From Rubritepida sp. (GTDB taxonomy: Bacteria; Pseudomonadota; Alphaproteobacteria; Acetobacterales; Acetobacteraceae), in NCBI GenBank assembly GCA_014376425.1, contig JACMRO010000324.1, positions 1-33,904 on the forward strand: a DNA stretch of 33,904 nucleotides, read 5' to 3'. Of this stretch, positions 29,197 through 33,904 are shown one piece after another. The notes under the pieces are model-generated. The model saw only the letters and a list, made by a program, of their open reading frames with translations. It was not told the DNA's origin and made no database searches. The first letter of the stretch is position 1. Each line of letters begins with the position of its first letter. The position numbers were made by a program, and so were the translations under genes.

Positions 29197-30018
29197 TCAT
29201 GCTCGCGCTCCGGGGTTAGGCCAGTTATGGGTCTCGGCCGTCGCGTCACGCGCCCAGCGAAAGAAAGCGTCGTAGAGCGGCATCGCCGCGTCGAGCTGGG
29301 CCAGGTCGTCACGGAACATGCGAGACAGCCCAAGCGACGCGGCCAATAGACCGGCAGCCTCCGGCGCCAGGTCGAGCGAGGCGGTGTCCGCGCCGCGAAC
29401 GATCAGGCCAAGACGCAGAAGGGCCTCCGAGCGCAGTCCGAACTCCTCGATCATCACCTCGAAGGTGCAGAGCGGCCCACGATGGCTCCAGAAGACGCCC
29501 TCAATGTCGAAGGGCGTTGCGCCGAAACGCTCGGCAACCGCAGAAACATCCGACGGTGCCACGAACAGAAAGGCAGCCCCCGGGTCGATGAAACGGCGGA
29601 TCAGCCAGGGGCAGGCTATGCGGTCGATCTTGGGACGGGCGCGGGTGACCCAGACCGTCCTTCCCTCGGCGTTGCGGGGCGGGAGGTGATCGGGCAGGAC
29701 CAGTGGTGCGTCCTTTGCACTGGCCCAGGCTTCGAAACCGCCCTCCAGCACCTCGGCACGGCCGCCGTTGAGGCGGATCCATGCGGCTACGCCCTGGCTG
29801 AGTTTCATCCCGCGCTGGCAGACCACCACGCTGGATCGGCCGGCATGGGCTTGCGCCCAGCTTGCGACGGTACGGTGGTCGCCGCGCAAGCTGGCGGGTA
29901 GGCGGCGCGGGTCCCGGTCGAAGTCCTCGTCAGTCCGAACATCTATGATGATGGGTGCTTCAGGCATGCCGATGAGGCGCGAGAGCTGCTGCACAGTGAT
30001 GGTGTCTGGATTGGGCAC
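29197..30018 (-). CDS. chrB: Chromate resistance protein ChrB (rhodanese + ChrB C-terminal domain)
   Basis: IIDVRTDEDF..VVVCQRG..SQGVAAW..LEGGFEAW (rhodanese), then WVTRARPKIDRIACPWLIRRFIDP, PFDI..WSHRG..CTF, IVRGADT and LYDA. AAGGAG precedes the GTG at 30018. Confidence 0.9.
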   Translation of the reverse strand: MPNPDTITVQQLSRLIGMPEAPIIIDVRTDEDFDRDPRRLPASLRGDHRTVASWAQAHAGRSSVVVCQRGMKLSQGVAAWIRLNGGRAEVLEGGFEAWASAKDAPLVLPDHLPPRNAEGRTVWVTRARPKIDRIACPWLIRRFIDPGAAFLFVAPSDVSAVAERFGATPFDIEGVFWSHRGPLCTFEVMIEEFGLRSEALLRLGLIVRGADTASLDLAPEAAGLLAASLGLSRMFRDDLAQLDAAMPLYDAFFRWARDATAETHNWPNPGARA

Positions 30019-30108
30019 AAGCGTCCACTCCTTGCGGTGACAGGGCACCAGAGTTTTGGACGCGATACTTCGGCCGAAGCCTCACGGGGCGATCGCGAAC
30101 CCTCCCCT
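30019..30108 (-). ncRNA. Candidate cis-regulatory RNA in the chrB leader (possibly a chrB-type RNA motif)
   Basis: The GCGTCCA/TGGACGC stem closes next to the RBS. A competing CGCGAT/ATCGCG pairing overlaps it, and there is a CTTCGGCCGAAG palindrome. Confidence 0.5.
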
Positions 30109-30313
30109 AGATGAGATATGAGTGCTGAGCCCGTCAAGCGGCTGGCAAGCAGCCGACTGAATTCTGGTCGCCATCCCTGCGCAAGAGATTTCGTATTTCG
30201 CAGCTTCCCAGAAGGCTTTTGGGGCCAAGCCTTCATCTCGCTGGATGGACCACTATCAGTCGGCATTGCCGGCGCCGGCGTGATGCCGGCGCCGGCCCAT
30301 CACCCTGCCACGT

Positions 30314-30817
30314 TCAGGCCGCCATGCGGTTTACGCGGCTCTCAGCGATGTGCGTCAGCTTGCTGTCAGCCGCCTTCTCCTCCTTCAAATTCTCCTCGAG
30401 GACGGCGGCGCAATCCGCACGGCCCAGTTGCTTGGCGAAGGCGATCAGCGTGCCGTAGCGGGTGATCTCATAATGCTCGACGGCCTGGGCGGCCGCCAGC
30501 ATGGCCGCGTCGCGGACTTCCGCGTCATCGCAATCGGCCATGACCTCTTTGGCCTCGGCCAGGATGCCGTCGATCGCCGGGCAGTCCACTGCCTTCACAG
30601 GCTGGCCATGCATCTTGAACACCTGCTCCACGCGGGTGACCTGCCGTTCGGTCTCGTGCAGATGGGACTGGAATGCCTGGCGCAGTGACGCGTCGGAGGC
30701 CTTCTCAATCATGGTCGGCAGATTTTTCACGATCTGCTTCTCGGCGTAGTAGATGTCCTGCAACATATGCACGAACAGGTCGTCAAGCGTTTTGATCGGA
30801 CTGGAAAACAGGCCCAT
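30314..30817 (-). CDS. DUF892/YciF ferritin-like stress protein
   Basis: TLDDLFVHMLQDIYYAEKQI, HLHETERQV.RVE.VF, CPAIDGI, AAQAVEHYEITRYGTL and EEKAADSKL. GAGG RBS. Confidence 0.92.
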   Translation of the reverse strand: MGLFSSPIKTLDDLFVHMLQDIYYAEKQIVKNLPTMIEKASDASLRQAFQSHLHETERQVTRVEQVFKMHGQPVKAVDCPAIDGILAEAKEVMADCDDAEVRDAAMLAAAQAVEHYEITRYGTLIAFAKQLGRADCAAVLEENLKEEKAADSKLTHIAESRVNRMAA

Positions 30818-30875
30818 AATATCACCTCTTTGTCGGAAATTCCGGCCCGGGTGGGTCGGACGGTAAGTTCTTGCA

Positions 30876-30900
30876 AACCGGCAAACGGTGGGAAGTTTCC
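30876..30900 (-). promoter_or_regulatory. Possible general-stress (sigma EcfG-type) promoter for the DUF892 gene
   Basis: On the minus strand GGAAAC-N16-GTT, an imperfect match to GGAAC-N16/17-(C)GTT. Confidence 0.3.
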
Positions 30901-31015
30901 CCAGCACAGGCGGCGAGGCAGTCACGAAATCGCTGTCTTGGGAGGGAGCTGAGCGCAGTTGTGTTCGCGCGGCCTCGGCGGGCGTCACCGCGGTGGCGCC
31001 TGGCCGACGCGCAGC

Positions 31016-31370
31016 TCAGCCAGCGCGGCGGGAAGTCAGACGGACCGCGGGGCGAGCAACCGCCGGTCCGTCATAGACCCGTGCCACCGACCCTGTGCTG
31101 ATCTGAACCATCGGTGCCGGGACCAAAACGCAGGCTCGACCTGGTTGCGTTCGGTCCCATCGGGGTGCCGTGTAGCGAAACGCGAACAGGGTTACGGTGC
31201 CGCTGTGATGCGGGCGCGGGTCGCGTTTCGCAGATGGACGAATTACTCGAAATTGTTGCCGCCGGTGCCGGTCTGGTAGACTGCGCCGGCCAGCACCCGT
31301 TCCTGGAAGGTGTTGCTCGGGACGCCATGGGGCGACGGCAACAGCGAGGAATCCATTCATGTCGAGGAAG
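31016..31370 (-). pseudogene. Probable degraded gene for a small hypothetical protein
   Basis: Protein-like segments in different frames (SNTFQERVLAGAVYQTGTGGNNFE*FVHLRNATRARIT; ISTGSVARVYDGPAVARPAVRLTS) are broken by a stop codon and frameshifts. Confidence 0.35.
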
Positions 31371-31520
31371 AAAATCGTTGCGTTGGCCGGGGTGATCCTC
31401 AAAGCCAATGCGTAGGCCATGTAGAAAGACCGCACGACGCTGCCTGGGCGCGCCAACACATCCGGCCTGTCCCACCGATAGGCGATTGATCTTTTTCGCC
31501 CGGCCCGACAGAAACGCCCC

Positions 31521-31757
31521 ATGAGCGACACAACCATGCCCGACCGGCTTTCCACTGACTCCGCCAGCCCTTTCCACGACAAGGCGCTGCTCGAACGCGG
31601 TGTCGGCATCCGCTTCAACGGCACCGAAAAGACCAATGTCGAGGAATACTGCGTCTCCGAGGGCTGGGTACGGGTAAGCCTTGGTCGCACTGTCGACCGC
31701 CGCGGCAAGCCGTTGACGCAAAAGCTGACGGGCGTGGTCGAGGCTTATCTGCGCTGA
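31521..31757 (+). CDS. DUF3297 family protein
   Basis: PDRLS.D..SPFHD..LLERGVGIRFNGTEKTNVEEYCVSEGWVRV…DRRGKPLT.KL.G.VE. Confidence 0.88.
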   Translation: MSDTTMPDRLSTDSASPFHDKALLERGVGIRFNGTEKTNVEEYCVSEGWVRVSLGRTVDRRGKPLTQKLTGVVEAYLR

Positions 31758-31809
31758 GCGGGCCGGCAAGTCGCCGGGGCGTTAAACCCGCCCGGTCTGA
31801 TCGCTGCGC

Positions 31810-32457
31810 TTAGTTGGCGCGGTCGAGTGACATTTGCTGCAGCTGCACCCGCAACGCCGCCACTTCGGCGCGCAATTGCGCCACCTCCTCGCCCAGCGGG
31901 TCAGCCCCCGCACGTTCCGGCATGCCATAGCCCACGGTTGCCTCCTCGTCGCAGCCCTTGGGGCTGCGGGCCGGAATGCCGACCACGGTATGCCCTTCGC
32001 ACACATCATCCACCACGACCGAATTGGCGCCCACGCGCGCCCCGCGCCCAACCGTGATCGGCCCCAGCACCTGCGCGCCGGCGCCGATCACCGCCCCGTC
32101 CAGCACGTCGGGATGTCGCTTGCCGGGCTTGAGCGACAACCCACCCAGCGTCACGCATTGGTAGATGGTGACGTCGTCGCCAATCGTCGCCGTTCCGCCC
32201 ACCACCACGCCCATGCCGTGGTCGATGAACAGCCGCCGCCCAATCCTGGCGCCAGGGTGGATTTCGATACCGGTGGCGAAACGCCCCCATTGTGAGACAA
32301 AGCGTGCCGCGGCCGGCCAGCCGGCGCCGTGCAGCGAGTGGTCCACGCGGTGGCTGAGCACCGACCAGACCCCGGGGTAGCTCAGCAGCACCTCGGCCCA
32401 GGTCGGCCGCGCCGGGTCACGGGCGCGGATGGCGCGGCCCAGTTCGATGATCTCCAT
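31810..32457 (-). CDS. cysE: Serine O-acetyltransferase
   Basis: RDPA, YPG, TGIEIHPGARIGRRLFIDHGMGVVVG, VTLGG..KRHP, GAGAQVLGPI and VGIPAR. The ATG overlaps the cysK stop (TGATG). Confidence 0.93.
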   Translation of the reverse strand: MEIIELGRAIRARDPARPTWAEVLLSYPGVWSVLSHRVDHSLHGAGWPAAARFVSQWGRFATGIEIHPGARIGRRLFIDHGMGVVVGGTATIGDDVTIYQCVTLGGLSLKPGKRHPDVLDGAVIGAGAQVLGPITVGRGARVGANSVVVDDVCEGHTVVGIPARSPKGCDEEATVGYGMPERAGADPLGEEVAQLRAEVAALRVQLQQMSLDRAN

Positions 32458-33413
32458 CAGTCCAGCCCCGCGAAAAGTGCCGTGGACATGTAACGCTCGG
32501 CGAAGCTGGGCGCGATGCACACGATGCGCAGGCCGGCATTGGCCGGGGCGGCGGCCAGGCGCAACGCCACGCTCAGCGCCGCACCCGAGCTGATGCCCAG
32601 CGCCAGCCCTTCGGTGCGCGCTGCCCGCCGGGCGGTGGCGATGGCTTCGCGTTCATGCGCGGTCTCGATGCTGTCCAGCAGGGACAGGTCCAGCACCGCA
32701 GGCCTGAAGCCGGGGCCAATGCCCTGGATGCCGTGCGGGCCTGGGTCATCGCCATGCAGCACAGCCGACTCGGCAGGCTCGATGCCGATCATACGCAGCC
32801 CCGGCGCCCGGGGCTTCAGCGCGCGGGCGATGCCCGTCATCGTCCCGCCCGTGCCCAGCCCACCCACGATAATGTCCACCCGGCCCTCAGTATCGGCCCA
32901 GATTTCCTCGGCGGTGGTGGTGGCATGAATGTCGGGGTTCGCCGGGTTGTCGAATTGCCCGGCCAGCCACGCATGCGGGGTTTCGGCCGCGATCTCCTCC
33001 GAGCGCGCGATGGCGCCGGCCATGCCGCGGCCGCTGGGCGTTAGCACAAGCTCAGCGCCCAGCAGCCGCATCATCCGGCGACGCTCGATGGACGCGCCCT
33101 CGGGCATGGTGACGATGATGCGGTAGCCCAAAGCAGCCGCCACGAAGGCCAGGCCAATGCCGGTGTTGCCCGATGTGGGCTCGACCAGCACGGAAATGCC
33201 CGGACGGATCTCGCCGGCGGCCTCGGCCGCGCGCACCATGGCCAGGGCGATGCGATCCTTCACCGACGCCATCGGGTTGAAGAATTCCAGCTTCAGGCAG
33301 AGGTCGGCCAGCAACCCGTCCTCGGCCGCGATGCGCGGCAGGCGGACAAGTGGCGTGGCACCGATGGTCTCCAGCACAGAGGCGTGGATGCGGCCGCGAA
33401 AGCTCACATCCAT
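32457..33413 (-). CDS. cysK: Cysteine synthase A (O-acetylserine sulfhydrylase)
   Basis: IGATPLVRL, KLEFFNPMASVKDR (PLP Lys), EPTSGNTG, QFDNPAN, GTGGT, HGIQGIG, GISSGA and SFAERYMST. Start is ATG 33413 or GTG 33407. Confidence 0.93.
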   Translation of the reverse strand: MDVSFRGRIHASVLETIGATPLVRLPRIAAEDGLLADLCLKLEFFNPMASVKDRIALAMVRAAEAAGEIRPGISVLVEPTSGNTGIGLAFVAAALGYRIIVTMPEGASIERRRMMRLLGAELVLTPSGRGMAGAIARSEEIAAETPHAWLAGQFDNPANPDIHATTTAEEIWADTEGRVDIIVGGLGTGGTMTGIARALKPRAPGLRMIGIEPAESAVLHGDDPGPHGIQGIGPGFRPAVLDLSLLDSIETAHEREAIATARRAARTEGLALGISSGAALSVALRLAAAPANAGLRIVCIAPSFAERYMSTALFAGLD

Positions 33414-33904
33414 GGCGGCACCGGCAGGCCTTTTCCGCGGAGGAATTCCGGGTTGAACAGCTTGGACTGGTAGCGCGCGCCGCCATCGCACAGGATGGTC
33501 ACGACGGTATGGCCCGGCCCCAGGCGGCGCGCCACGGCGATGGCGGCGGCGACGTTCAGCCCCGCGCTGCCACCCACCGAGATGCCCTCATGGATGGTCA
33601 GGTCGAAAACCTGCTCCAGTGCCAGCTCATCAGTGATCTGCACCGCGTCGTCGATCGGCGCGCCTTCCAGGTTGGCCGGCACGCGCGACTGGCCGATCCC
33701 CTCGGTGATCGAGCTGCCGGTCGACTCCAGGCTGCCGTTGGTGACCCAGTCATACAGCGCGCTCCCCATCGGGTCGGCCAGCGTGATGCGGATGGCGGGA
33801 TTGTGCGCGCGCAATGCCAGGCCCACGCCGGCCAGTGTGCCGCCGGTGCCACAGGCGCAGGTGAAGGCATCGACCCGACCCTGGGTCTGCGCCCAGATCT
33901 CGGC
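33404..33904 (-). CDS. Second cysteine synthase family protein, C-terminal part (5' end outside window)
   Basis: EIWAQTQGRVDAFTCACGTGGTLAG, ADPMGSALY, SSITEGIGQSRV, GGSAGLN and VVTILCD.G.RYQSKLFNPEFL. Confidence 0.9.
   Translation of the reverse strand, partial: AEIWAQTQGRVDAFTCACGTGGTLAGVGLALRAHNPAIRITLADPMGSALYDWVTNGSLESTGSSITEGIGQSRVPANLEGAPIDDAVQITDELALEQVFDLTIHEGISVGGSAGLNVAAAIAVARRLGPGHTVVTILCDGGARYQSKLFNPEFLRGKGLPVPPWM

Noticed and set aside
29197-33904. Functional link between chrB (chromate/sulfate competition) and the cys genes
   Set aside because: They are separated by unrelated genes and the probable island boundary, so the proximity is likely coincidental.

Overview
GC-rich alphaproteobacterial DNA (Acetobacteraceae/Roseomonas-like, by inference). 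Roughly 1-31,000 looks like a decaying metal/metalloid/envelope-stress island. It holds an IS21 right end and two IS630 remnants around an AI-2E transporter and rsgA; a four-gene copper module (Met-rich Spy/CpxP-like, DUF2933-like, unknown membrane protein, Cu+ P1B-ATPase); a 2850-aa cyclic beta-1,2-glucan synthase; and a CBS-BON plus P2A cation ATPase pair behind a highly structured leader. It also holds an arsenic cluster: padR-arsV-like(frameshifted)-arsK-like-[ArsO-like fragment fused to a 5'-truncated arsR-arsC]-gapdh-arsJ. After that come a divergent Tat-exported atypical alkaline phosphatase (frameshifted), an orphan chrB with a structured 5' leader, and a DUF892 ferritin-like gene. From about 31,500 the genes look like core genome: DUF3297, cysE and two tandem cysteine synthases. 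Highlights are a deletion that seems to have put the arsC-gapdh-arsJ module under a Cys-pair PadR with two visible operators, two riboswitch-like leaders, and a phosphatase with non-canonical metal ligands. All calls come from motif recognition by eye; no database searches were run.
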